A stretch of 64,000 bases of DNA from an uncultured Anaerolineales bacterium (GTDB lineage Bacteria > Chloroflexota > Anaerolineae > UBA7937 > B3-Chlor): assembly GCA_964577995.1 (NCBI GenBank), contig CAZOBP010000003.1, forward strand, positions 10,396 through 74,395, given 5' to 3'. The notes beneath the pieces were generated by a model, which was given only the letters and a program-made list of their open reading frames with translations, made no database searches and was not told where the DNA came from. The number at the start of each line of letters is the position of its first letter. Position 1 is the stretch's first letter. The position numbers were made by a program, and so were the translations under genes. Below are positions 1-10,984 of this stretch, in pieces.

Positions 1-1
1 G

Positions 2-118
2 ACTCTGCGCGATCACAACCAGCCAAACGTTGAAGCGACCACCAAGGCTATCACCCGTCGCCACGCTTCCAAGGCGATAGCAGAGCTGCGAGAGAAGCTA
101 CCAGCGCTGCGGCAGTAG
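2..118 (+). CDS. 3' end of an unidentified upstream gene (partial; open frame running into TAG at 116-118)
   Basis: Frame 2 is open from the window edge to TAG; there is no recognisable domain in the 39 aa visible. Confidence 0.25.
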   Translation, partial: TLRDHNQPNVEATTKAITRRHASKAIAELREKLPALRQ

Positions 119-229
119 ATCCGCATGTCGTGCACCGCCAAAGGCTACAGCCCTCCTGCCCGGAAGGGCCCGGACATCCATGCCCGCAAACCCGCACGAC
201 CTATCTCGATCCACGCTATCGAGGGTCAC

Positions 230-490
230 CTACCGTGGCTCCACCTGGAATCTCATCGCCGTGCGTTTGCCCCCATCGACGGGCACCTCAATGAAACTGG
301 GCACGCACACGATCGTCATGCCGTCTACCGCAAGGTACGAACGAGCTACGGCGATGGCCTTCATCGCCTGGTTCACAGCCATAGGACCGATAGCTTGGAC
401 CTTAGCCTCGTTGCTCTGCCGCACCGACGCAGCGATAGCGCCAGCTACCGCTGTGGGTTTTGAACGCGTCGCTACTCGGATGACATCCAC
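230..490 (-). CDS. spoVS: SpoVS-like protein (stage V sporulation protein S family)
   Basis: 86 aa; MDVIRVATRSKPTAVAGAIAASV...QAIGPMAVNQAMKAIAVARSY...FIEVPVDG.ERTAMRF.VEPR closely matches the remembered SpoVS consensus (VAGALAG..IQAIGAGALNQAVKAVAIARG...IDGEERTAI...VEPR). Confidence 0.8.
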   Translation of the reverse strand: MDVIRVATRSKPTAVAGAIAASVRQSNEAKVQAIGPMAVNQAMKAIAVARSYLAVDGMTIVCVPSFIEVPVDGGKRTAMRFQVEPR

Positions 491-651
491 TGCTTCTCCC
501 CCCTTGGGCTTCCCCGAGCCTGTCCAGACTGACAGAGTGTAGACATGCCAAGCAGGCCTCGGCCAACCTGGTTGACAATAGCACCAAAGGTCACCAGCCG
601 GGTGTGAGAACTGGCCGAATTGACCTGAATGGGCGCAACAGTCGGACTAAG

Positions 652-1431
652 CTAGGCAACCTGGCCGACCAGCGCGCCCCCGCGTCGACGGAGGAGCGTT
701 CCCACTTCCCTCCGCCGAATGTCGGCCAGCACCCCTAGGAGTTCATCGGCCTCGAACGGCTTGTGCAAGTACGCAAACACATTCAGGCTCTGTGCCTTCT
801 CCACTTCCGAGGAGGTCGCCTCTCGTCCGTCGGTCGCTAGTACGACCGGAAGAGTGTCATACTGCTCCCGGATCCTCTCCAGGAGTTCCAGACCCTTGAC
901 GCCGTTCAACCTAGTTCCCAGGAAGACCGCCTGTCCGTTCGGCTTGAGGATCTCCAACAAGTCCTCGGGGTCCTCAACCTTCAGCATGGTGAAACCGCGA
1001 CGCTCCAGGCCTTCCCCCAACACCCGCCAGAACTTCGCATCGTCATCGATGACCACAATGGACCGTTGCTCGTTCAGCACAGACAAGGAGCAGAGCAACA
1101 AGTCGATATCGAGCGGCTTGACGAAGCTGGCAAGAGCGCCCTCTCTCAGCCCCTCGTTCACCAGGCTACCCGCTGCATAGGCGCTCATGAACACGACAGG
1201 CACGTGAGGACGTACCTCCTTGATGGCCCTCAGCAGATCGACCCCGGTGACCTCAGGCATCTTGATGTCTGTGAGGACACAGTCGAATTGGACCTCCCCC
1301 ATCATCACCAGTGCTTCCGGGCCGGAGTAGGCAGCCTCAGCTCGGTACCTATTGAGGTTGAGTACGTCAACGAGCGTCTTGGCCATCGGCCAATCGTCGT
1401 CGACGACTAGGATGCGCATTTCCTTGTTCAT
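652..1431 (-). CDS. response regulator with two tandem receiver (REC) domains and no output domain
   Basis: ILVVDDD...DCVLTDIKMP, then a second IVVIDDD...K.LE.L.. REC-like block; 4-bp start/stop overlap with the upstream REC gene. Confidence 0.8.
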   Translation of the reverse strand: MNKEMRILVVDDDWPMAKTLVDVLNLNRYRAEAAYSGPEALVMMGEVQFDCVLTDIKMPEVTGVDLLRAIKEVRPHVPVVFMSAYAAGSLVNEGLREGALASFVKPLDIDLLLCSLSVLNEQRSIVVIDDDAKFWRVLGEGLERRGFTMLKVEDPEDLLEILKPNGQAVFLGTRLNGVKGLELLERIREQYDTLPVVLATDGREATSSEVEKAQSLNVFAYLHKPFEADELLGVLADIRRREVGTLLRRRGGALVGQVA

Positions 1432-1892
1432 GCCCGTATCCCCGCGTGAAGACAGGGGGCCAAAGAAGATGCAACGTCAGGCTGAGGCGCGTCTTTCACT
1501 CTCTCGCTCAAGGCGCCGCTCACCACCGCCAGCAACTGTTCTAGCGCAAATGGCTTCGCCAGTAGTCCCTGGGCATGGTCGCGGGCAAACCGCACCACCC
1601 GTTCCTCGGGGTTGCCCGTCATCACCACGAGCGCTGTGTGAGGACTCGTTTCTCCAATCAGGCTCATCAATTCGCGTCCATCCGACTGGCGCAAGTCCAC
1701 ATCGGCGATCGCCAAGTCGTAGCTGTCGGCGTTCACCTCGCTCACTGCGTCCTCGGCGTGGCGCGCGGTTGTAACCTGGTATCCCTCGCGACTCAGCACC
1801 CGCCTTAGGAGGTCGAGGATGATCTGCTCATCGTCCACCACGAGTATCTTCCTACCAGCCTCTCTCCTGACCTCGAGATTGGTGTCAATCAT
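1428..1892 (-). CDS. single-domain response regulator (CheY-like receiver)
   Basis: KILVVDDEQIILDLL...DLAIADVDL..DG.EL...VVMTG REC motifs. Confidence 0.8.
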   Translation of the reverse strand: MIDTNLEVRREAGRKILVVDDEQIILDLLRRVLSREGYQVTTARHAEDAVSEVNADSYDLAIADVDLRQSDGRELMSLIGETSPHTALVVMTGNPEERVVRFARDHAQGLLAKPFALEQLLAVVSGALSERVKDAPQPDVASSLAPCLHAGIRA

Positions 1893-2079
1893 GTAATCGT
1901 TCTCTCCAGCATTGCCGCCTCACCACACTCCACGCAGGAGGCCCCGCCGTCAACCGCGAGTGAAGCGATTCGGCCCACACTTTCAATCCGGACGCTATAT
2001 CGCCACCACCCTCAGCCACCGCCTGGCCCAGGCGTCCATCCCGCACTCACCGTCCGCCTTGGCTTAGCGGAACTGCATA

Positions 2080-2367
2080 CTAGTCAAGGACAGGTTCCAG
2101 GAACAGCCTGTGGACAACCTGCGTCGGCCTGGTCGTCTTCCGATGACCGTTGCCGTTGTTGCCACCCGGGCGTTGACTCATCCACGTATGCAGTTTGCGT
2201 GCAAACTCCGTCACCGAATCGGCCTTGATGCCCGTGAGGGCATCCTGCTCCTCAGCATCGAGGTCGAAATCCTCCACGACAACCGCAGGGTTGGCGAGCA
2301 GAGTGTCACGAAACTTGCCATCTATCAGAGCCATGCACATGATGTTGTTCAGGGTCTGATCTGACAT
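2080..2367 (-). CDS. small protein with NHLP/Nif11-type leader-peptide-like N-terminus (putative RiPP-precursor-like peptide)
   Basis: 95 aa; MSDQTLNNIMCMALIDGKFRDTLLANPAVVVEDFDLDAEE resembles the NHLP leader pattern (KAW.D..FK..LL.NP...L.E.G...P); a GG pair (..QRPGG|NNGNGHRKTTRPTQVVHRLFLEPVLD) is followed by a 26-aa Cys-free tail. Confidence 0.5.
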   Translation of the reverse strand: MSDQTLNNIMCMALIDGKFRDTLLANPAVVVEDFDLDAEEQDALTGIKADSVTEFARKLHTWMSQRPGGNNGNGHRKTTRPTQVVHRLFLEPVLD

Positions 2368-2400
2368 CCTTTTTTCTCCTCCAGTTGCACAAGTAAGTGT

Positions 2401-2982
2401 CTACGCCAAGGTGGCACGAGCACCACGCAGGAACATGGGCTCCCTTAGAAACAATAACACCCCCAACACGATCAGAACATCCCCTACGCTGAGGGCCGCT
2501 GGGATGGGAAAGGGTCTGGGAACGACCATGATGTCCGAGAGAAACCACAGCCCTGCATCTCCAGGCTCGGCCACTACGTTCTTGGTGCGCCCTACAATGT
2601 ATCCCGTCTCCATCTGGGCTACGTTGCCATCGTATCCTATCTGAACCAAAGCATCGGGTGTGATGGGCATGAACCCACCATTCACCACCATCACCAGGAA
2701 ATTCAGCAGCAAGCCCAGACCTATGAGCTTCACTCCGCCGAGATCGCGGTTCTGCCAAACCACCACAAACAACAGGATGTGCGATATCGTGAGTAGCAAG
2801 GACCTCGCACTTAGCAGTCCACGCGCCGTATCAGCCGGAAAGAAGATGAGGTATGCCTGCATGAGGAAAGCGAGAGGGGCCAGCCACGCCCACTTCACCT
2901 TTACGTGAGCGAGATTGCTGACCCTGCCTCCCACTGCCGCCAGCCCTATCAGCAGAGCCAAACATAGGGCTATCAGGATCAT
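2401..2982 (-). CDS. multipass (4-5 TM) integral membrane protein of unknown function
   Basis: 193 aa with hydrophobic segments ILIALCLALLIGLAAV, WAWLAPLAFLMQAYLIFF, LLLTISHILLFVVVW, LIGLGLLLNFLVMVV and a C-terminal ...SVGDVLIVLGVLLFL; resembles a DUF-type membrane family (identity not certain). Confidence 0.6.
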   Translation of the reverse strand: MILIALCLALLIGLAAVGGRVSNLAHVKVKWAWLAPLAFLMQAYLIFFPADTARGLLSARSLLLTISHILLFVVVWQNRDLGGVKLIGLGLLLNFLVMVVNGGFMPITPDALVQIGYDGNVAQMETGYIVGRTKNVVAEPGDAGLWFLSDIMVVPRPFPIPAALSVGDVLIVLGVLLFLREPMFLRGARATLA

Positions 2983-3203
2983 CTATCTATCCGTCTATCC
3001 GCCTCCGCCCCCCTGATATCCAGGAGGAGCCCCCGCTGCGGCAGCTAGGGCAACAAGGGTGACCACAATCCACGCAATCCTCACGTTGCGAGCGGTGAAA
3101 TAGGACGCAAGCCGCTTCATAATGAAACCCTCCCCGTCGTTTTGCCTACAGCTTACAGGGGAGGGTTTAGCTAAAGTATAGCAGAAACAGCTGATCTCAG
3201 CGG

Positions 3204-6200
3204 TTATCCGTCGTCCGCGAGCAATCCCCCGAGCATGTCCCGGGTCTCGTCGGAGATGTCAGTCCCCAACTCCTCGTTGAGTATGCGACGGAGCTCCGTG
3301 AGCTGCCTCATCGCTCCTGCCCGATCACCCATCTCCAACAGGATACCGATCAGTTCGCGATGGATATCCTCGAGGAGCGCGTCCTTATCCAGCAGTTTCC
3401 GGCAATACTCGGCGGCCTCCTCAAGCTTGCCCTGTCCCCTGCAGTCTCGTGCCAGGTCCTCCAACGTCTGGAAGTACTCCCGACGCAGAGAAGCCCTCAG
3501 CTCCCCGGTCCACTCGGAGTAGATGTCCTCCAGATAGTCTCCCCGATAGAGGGAGACCGCTTCCGCCAAGTACCTCTGACGCTGAGGGCTCGGTGCCTTC
3601 GACGCCTTGGCCAGATTCCGGTGGAATTCTTCCACATCATACTGGTACTGTCTCGACTCGAGTCTATAGGAGCCCCCTTCGTAGGAGATGGCATCGGTCC
3701 CTCCGAGCAGACGCCTAACCTGAAAGAGATAGAAGTGGAAGGTGCTGTGCGCCTTGGCTAGGGACAGATCAGGCCACAGGGCAGCCACAATCTGGTCCTT
3801 CGTCACCACAGGATGAGCCAGGAAGAAGAACAGCATCTCCTTGGCCCGCAGTCGCAGCTCCTGTGCCTCCACCACCTCACCATCGCGACGGACGGTGGAT
3901 GAGCCAAGAGCACAGATATCAACGCGCGGAGGTGTGGCTTCCGCGGGCCCCTTTGATGCCATCTCGCTCGCTGGCTCAGTTCGCCCCAGAACCCTTCTCA
4001 GGAGATCACTGTGCCCCTGCAATGCCGTCTCTCCCATCGCATACTCCAGCAGCGGACGGCTTCCCGTGCCCTCGTCGAGCAGAAGTGGGTCAAACCCACC
4101 CTGGGAGAGAATGTCCAGGCCCAATTCCAGGTTCAGCATCGCTTCGGATTCGGCCTGTTGAGAGAACAGCACGGCAGCCAAGTGCAGGTACGCCCTCGCC
4201 AACTCCTGCTTGTCACCTGTGTCTCCCAAACTGGACACCGCCTGCTTGAGTAATCGGAGGGCATCGTTGTGTCTCCCCTGCACGTGACGCAGGATCCCCA
4301 GAGAGATCTGACACGCAGCCACCTCACGGTCCGAACCGTGGTCGTACGCAGTGTCGATTGCCTGCCCTATGAATTCCTCAGCTTCCTCGTGATACCCCCG
4401 CGTCCGTGATACGTTGCCTAGCGCGTCCCACAAGTAGGAGATCAGAAAGCCCTCATCAGCTTCCTCGGCAAGAGCGAGCGCCGTTTCGTATCCCTGCTGG
4501 GCCAGCGCGTATTCCCCCTTGGCCCTGTACACATCCCCCATCGTTGCCCGTGCATAGGCCTGCGGACGGATGAGCCCCATGGCCTCGCATTCTGAAAGGG
4601 CTTCCTCAAGAGTCACAAGAGCATCCTCGTACCTCTCCTGCCGGTACTCGGCCACACCTATGTTGTTGAGGGTGATCGCCAGGGGGCCCGTCGCACCCAG
4701 ACGACGCCAGAGCGGCAGCGCCTTTCGGGAGTAGTGGAGGTACTTCTCGGTGTCCGCCAAGTAGTAAATGGTCCCAATGTCGTGTATGGTTGCGGCGACA
4801 TCGTATTCGTAGCCGTCGCGAAGACTCTCGAACAGGCGCAAAGCCTCCTCCAATTCCAGCAATCCTTCCTCAAGTCGGCCCTGTAGGCCGTGGCAGATGC
4901 CAAGAGTCCTCAAGGCCCGTGCCCTCGTCTCTTCTTGTCCAGCCCCACTCAGAACCGACAACACCTCCTGGCCCTTGGCTATCGCCTGATCGTAGTCAGC
5001 TCGGAGACGATGTATGTAGCTCTCTTGGAGAGCTGTCTTGATTACGCCAGACCGGTCCTCGCTCTCCGCAAAGCGCTGTCTCGCGTTCTCCAAGGACTCC
5101 ATGGCCTCATCCAGCCGACCCGAATCGGCATACACCTTGGACTGCCAGTAGTGGATCCACGGCGAGGAACTCACCTTGCCGTCAAGAGACTCGATCCAGA
5201 ACAGCAGACTGCTCCACCTACCCGAGCTGAAAGCCCAAGTGGCTACCTCCTCCACCAGCCGCTGCGCCTGCTCGAAGGCCTGGGCATCCAGGTAGTGACG
5301 AATCGCCTCGTCCCAAGCCTCCTCCGCCTCGAATATCCTACCAGCCCTCAAATGGAGAGCCGCGTAGCGCTCCCCCTCTTGCCGGAGCCTGGACCTCAGG
5401 AATTCCTGGAAGAGCTGATGGTACCGGAACCAATCATCGCCATCTCCGGCCAGCCTGGAGATGAACAGATTCTTGTCCTCCAACAGGGCCAACATCTCAC
5501 GCGCGTTGTCCGAACCCAACAGCTCATTGCAGAGGGACGCGCTCATCCGCTGGAGGACCGAGGACCCCATGAGGAACTCCTGCACATCGAGCGGCTGTTG
5601 CAGCAGCACCTCTCGGGCTAGATAGGCGAAGATCTGGCTATCGTCCCCCTTGGCGAGGGCCATGGTGCGCAGCAGCCCCTTCCAGAGGGTATGGGTGGTG
5701 AGCAAGATCGCCGTAATCCAGCCCTCGGACTGCTGCGCCAGTCTGTCCGCCTCGCTCGCAGGCAGATCCAGATTGTGATTCTGCCTGAGCAACTCCTGAA
5801 TCTCGTGACCGGTGAACTTGAGATCGTCGTTGCCCAGGCCCCCCAACTCCCCGCGGGCCATGAACTCTGCGACGGGAAGACCGAGGCTCGTCGTCCGGCT
5901 GGCAAGCAGGATGTGGCAGTTCTCCGGCAGCCGACGGAGCAGCAAGGTGAACAGAGAGGTCACCTCTTTGGAATCGCTAATCAATTGGAAATCATCAATT
6001 ACCAAGGCGAAGTAGTCGGGGATTTCGCCATGGATCTCGTTCACCAGGGTTCCCAGGAGAGGCCTCACGCCCTCGCTGAGTGCCCCCCCCTGAAGGCCTG
6101 CCAGCGTCCTCTCTCCGAAATCCGTGAAGCGTTCCCTGATGGAGGCCACGAGGTACTCCAGGAACACCCTGGGATCGCGATCCCACTCATCCAGGGAGTA

Positions 6201-6416
6201 CCAGCAAACGGGCAGGTCGGTATCATGGGCATAGTCGGTCAGCAGGGAGGTCTTGCCGTATCCGGCTGAGGCAGCGATGAGGATCAGCTTACGGTCGATG
6301 TGTTCGTGGATGAAGTCCACCAGCCGCGCACGATGCACAAGACCCCGACGTTGCCTGGGCACTAGGACCTTGGTCCTGATGATCGAAGTCTCCGCGCTCA
6401 TCTCTCTCCCCACCAA
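3204..6416 (-). CDS. large transcriptional regulator: N-terminal STAND/MalT-like P-loop NTPase + TPR repeats + C-terminal winged-helix/BTAD (SARP-type) DNA-binding module
   Basis: 1070 aa; Walker A ILIAASAGYGKTSLL near the N-terminus; a long TPR-like helical middle; C-terminal ...LWPDLSLAKAHSTFHFYL...YRGDYLED...EW....LR..Y...LE.LA..C..QG...EA..YCRKLL..D.L.E..HR.L...L.E.GDRAGAMRQLTELRRIL.EELG.D.S.ET matches the BTAD/SARP pattern. Confidence 0.8.
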   Translation of the reverse strand: MVGREMSAETSIIRTKVLVPRQRRGLVHRARLVDFIHEHIDRKLILIAASAGYGKTSLLTDYAHDTDLPVCWYSLDEWDRDPRVFLEYLVASIRERFTDFGERTLAGLQGGALSEGVRPLLGTLVNEIHGEIPDYFALVIDDFQLISDSKEVTSLFTLLLRRLPENCHILLASRTTSLGLPVAEFMARGELGGLGNDDLKFTGHEIQELLRQNHNLDLPASEADRLAQQSEGWITAILLTTHTLWKGLLRTMALAKGDDSQIFAYLAREVLLQQPLDVQEFLMGSSVLQRMSASLCNELLGSDNAREMLALLEDKNLFISRLAGDGDDWFRYHQLFQEFLRSRLRQEGERYAALHLRAGRIFEAEEAWDEAIRHYLDAQAFEQAQRLVEEVATWAFSSGRWSSLLFWIESLDGKVSSSPWIHYWQSKVYADSGRLDEAMESLENARQRFAESEDRSGVIKTALQESYIHRLRADYDQAIAKGQEVLSVLSGAGQEETRARALRTLGICHGLQGRLEEGLLELEEALRLFESLRDGYEYDVAATIHDIGTIYYLADTEKYLHYSRKALPLWRRLGATGPLAITLNNIGVAEYRQERYEDALVTLEEALSECEAMGLIRPQAYARATMGDVYRAKGEYALAQQGYETALALAEEADEGFLISYLWDALGNVSRTRGYHEEAEEFIGQAIDTAYDHGSDREVAACQISLGILRHVQGRHNDALRLLKQAVSSLGDTGDKQELARAYLHLAAVLFSQQAESEAMLNLELGLDILSQGGFDPLLLDEGTGSRPLLEYAMGETALQGHSDLLRRVLGRTEPASEMASKGPAEATPPRVDICALGSSTVRRDGEVVEAQELRLRAKEMLFFFLAHPVVTKDQIVAALWPDLSLAKAHSTFHFYLFQVRRLLGGTDAISYEGGSYRLESRQYQYDVEEFHRNLAKASKAPSPQRQRYLAEAVSLYRGDYLEDIYSEWTGELRASLRREYFQTLEDLARDCRGQGKLEEAAEYCRKLLDKDALLEDIHRELIGILLEMGDRAGAMRQLTELRRILNEELGTDISDETRDMLGGLLADDG

Positions 6417-6551
6417 GGCAAGAAGTGGCTATCTCTCACTGTGATGCCACACCTGTTGAGGACCCGCCGACCTTGACTCCGCACACTGCTTCTGCCACTA
6501 CCAAGCCTATCTTGGCTCGAACGTCTCCGATCTGTGCTCAGCCCGGGCCTA

Positions 6552-7295
6552 TCAGAAACGCCGCCAGGGCATCACGGCCGGGAAAAGCAGCTTGAAGAAC
6601 CCCTTCAACGACTCCAACGCTTCCTCATCCGACTCAGCAACGTTGGCGTGGAGCGTCAACGAGAGGATGCCACCGTCAGGAACACGCTCGGGGTCCGTCC
6701 ACAGATACCAGTAGAGAATCACGCGCCTCAGCTGGTCCTTCTCAGCAATCACACGCTGCACACTCACCGAGGAGGTACCTAGATCGACGCTCTCCAGTCC
6801 AACATCCACGATCCGCCAGCCGCTACCAGGATAGCACGTCAGGGCAGTGTGCTCGAAAAGATGGAAGCTCTTGCCCCCCCTGCTCCCGATGATGGAGAAG
6901 AACAGGCTGTCCCCATCGTCAGCGGTGTACTGTCGTGTGATGGCGATCTCAGGGTTATCGTACCACTCATCAACCGATCCGCCCATCGGTGAGTCCGGAC
7001 CCTCGGATCGCCAAGGCCCAAGTTCTCGGGGTATGCCACTGAACAAGTCCTCTCGCAGAGTGAAGTCCACTGCGGTGGCTAGGGCCCGTTCGTACGAAGT
7101 TCGGCGATACCAACCTTCCACGTCAACGATCACCACGTTGGTGGCATCACTGGCCACCGCCGAAGCCGCTTCCGCCGGGTCGAAGACGGTAGCGACTGGC
7201 GAAGAAGCAAGTTGCCCTGAGAGTACGAGCCACGCTCCAAGAGCACCCAGAAGCAGTAGTACGACGATCAGATATCGCGTCGAATCTCTGAACAT
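6552..7295 (-). CDS. epsI: EpsI family exosortase-associated protein
   Basis: N-terminal TM; FHLFEHTALTCYPGSGWRIV matches the EpsI hallmark (H.PE.CLPG.GW); overlaps the exosortase gene by 28 bp. Confidence 0.7.
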   Translation of the reverse strand: MFRDSTRYLIVVLLLLGALGAWLVLSGQLASSPVATVFDPAEAASAVASDATNVVIVDVEGWYRRTSYERALATAVDFTLREDLFSGIPRELGPWRSEGPDSPMGGSVDEWYDNPEIAITRQYTADDGDSLFFSIIGSRGGKSFHLFEHTALTCYPGSGWRIVDVGLESVDLGTSSVSVQRVIAEKDQLRRVILYWYLWTDPERVPDGGILSLTLHANVAESDEEALESLKGFFKLLFPAVMPWRRF

Positions 7296-8146
7296 CCTGC
7301 CAACCTGCTAGCCAGAATGAGCAAGCCGAAGGCCAAGAGGAAGAGAACTGGGCTTGAGTAGTCGTGAAAGTATCTCATCCCGGCTTCTGCTCCAAACACG
7401 TGAGCTATGGCCAACAAGGCTGACACGCGGAAGATGTTGGCCACGATGGCGATGGGGACGGACATCAACAGCAGCGCGATCTTGGCGCGATAGGATCCCT
7501 CCAGAATGTATACGAAGATCACAACCAGGGTAGCCAGCGCCACGATGGAATTCAGGCCGCTGCAAGCAGCACCTACCACGAAGCTGGAATTCTGGAGTTG
7601 AATCCGAGAACCCTGGTTGACTGCCGGTATGTTCAGAAGGCTAACGACTGAAGTCGAGACCGTGGCCGTGAATGATTCCAGGGCCGGGCTCACCCGATTG
7701 ACGAGCGGCAGAGGAATCATGAAGAGCAGAAACGCCAGAGGAAACGCTATCTGCCGTGTGGCTCTCTCCCCGAGGAAATAGATCGCAAGCCCGGCGAGCA
7801 ACAGGATGAAGGCTACAGCCGAGAGATGGTACGCCTGCCACACCTGAGCCACTAGGAAGCCCACCAGACTGACCCCCAAGACCAACAGACCCACGTTGCT
7901 GGGCTCCCGGTTGTCCACAGCAAACGCGTCCCTTCTCCTCCAGAGGAAGAAGGCGGATACCAGGGGAACCAGGAAGCCGTGGGAGTAGTATGAGTTGTTG
8001 AGCCAGTTGTAGCCCAGCCAAGCAAAAGTGGACGAGAACAGGAGTGTCACCAACCCCAGAATGATCACTCCTCCCACGGTATCTCGCCTAGCAGCCTTCA
8101 TCCCGACCATGCCCCACGACTGACTGAAACAAAACAAGTATATCAT
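7268..8146 (-). CDS. exosortase family transmembrane protease (Xrt-like)
   Basis: 292 aa polytopic; conserved Cys in VVGAACSGLNS and Arg in ANIFRVSALLA as in exosortase/archaeosortase; the true start may be Met13/16 (8110/8101). Confidence 0.75.
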   Translation of the reverse strand: MIYLFCFSQSWGMVGMKAARRDTVGGVIILGLVTLLFSSTFAWLGYNWLNNSYYSHGFLVPLVSAFFLWRRRDAFAVDNREPSNVGLLVLGVSLVGFLVAQVWQAYHLSAVAFILLLAGLAIYFLGERATRQIAFPLAFLLFMIPLPLVNRVSPALESFTATVSTSVVSLLNIPAVNQGSRIQLQNSSFVVGAACSGLNSIVALATLVVIFVYILEGSYRAKIALLLMSVPIAIVANIFRVSALLAIAHVFGAEAGMRYFHDYSSPVLFLLAFGLLILASRLAGCSEIRRDI

Positions 8147-8337
8147 TCGCGCGCTCGACGTGTCAAACTCGCCAGGCAGCCCTCATCGAGGCCAAGGGCG
8201 TCCCTGCGTCAGTTCTGTGCTTGCTGATCAGGGCCGGGAGCCACTGCGCGTGTGCTGCTATGCACAATATGTGGTACCCAGGGTTCCTGTACCCACCAGA
8301 TATTGTGACGAGGCCCACTTTGAGTCATCACCGGACT

Positions 8338-8365
8338 TTCCAAATCGCACGAGTTGTGCTACAAT
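8338..8365 (+). promoter_or_regulatory. sigma-70-like promoter of gyrB (-35 TTCCAA, 16-nt spacer, extended -10 TGcTACAAT)
   Basis: ttccaa-N16-tgctacaat ~35 nt upstream of the gyrB start; AGGAGG RBS at ~8382. Confidence 0.35.
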
Positions 8366-8400
8366 AGAAGGAGATAGCGAAGGAGGTCTACTGACAGTAA

Positions 8401-10305
<1,905 letters not shown>

Positions 10306-10423
10306 TCACACGATCCAGAGCAGGGTGAGCGTGGCCCCATGTGCACGAGAAGCACCGCCCCGCGCAAGAGTATCTCCGGCGAACCCTGTCCCGCGAAGAA
10401 AGGTCGCGGGAGGAAGGGCTTGA

Positions 10424-10984
10424 ATGAAACACAGCGAGATTGGATACGACATCATTCCTTCCAGGTTTGGCGAGGTGACACTCGTCTGGAGGGAAACAGA
10501 GAATGGCCCCAGAGTGGTCGAGATCGTGCTGCCGCTCAAGAGCGCCGAGGCATGCGACACTGCCGGTGTGCGCCGACGACACCCAGCACTGGATCACCTG
10601 TGCCAGTCCATCCAGCGCTGTCTGGATGGTGAGGGCGTGGAGTTGCCCACCGACCTCCTCGACTCTAGCCCGTGCTCGCAGTTTCAGTGGACCGTGCTCA
10701 TGGCGGAGAGGACCATCCCCAGAGGCCGCGTCGCGTCCTACAGCCGGCTAGCACTCCACGTTGGACGCCCCAAGGCCGCCAGAGCCGTGGGAACCGCCCT
10801 GGCCCGCAATCCGTTTCCCATTGTCATCCCCTGCCACAGGACCGTGCGGACCGACGGCAGCCTTGGTGGGTTTGGTGGGGGCCTGGACATGAAACGGGCA
10901 CTTCTCAAGATGGAGGACGTGGCCTTCGACCACCGGGGCAGGGTCAAACCGGAGTTCTTCTGGGATTTCGGCGCTCGTCCCTGA
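10424..10984 (+). CDS. ogt: methylated-DNA--protein-cysteine methyltransferase
   Basis: Active-site PCHRTV plus a downstream helix-turn-helix in ...NPFPIVIPCHRTVRTDGSLGGFGGGLDMKRALLKME. Confidence 0.85.
   Translation: MKHSEIGYDIIPSRFGEVTLVWRETENGPRVVEIVLPLKSAEACDTAGVRRRHPALDHLCQSIQRCLDGEGVELPTDLLDSSPCSQFQWTVLMAERTIPRGRVASYSRLALHVGRPKAARAVGTALARNPFPIVIPCHRTVRTDGSLGGFGGGLDMKRALLKMEDVAFDHRGRVKPEFFWDFGARP

Noticed and set aside
10306-10423. Short ORFs between gyrB and ogt (10286-10597-, 10306-10560-, 10339-10632+) as real genes
   Set aside because: They overlap the well-supported ogt gene and each other, with no motifs
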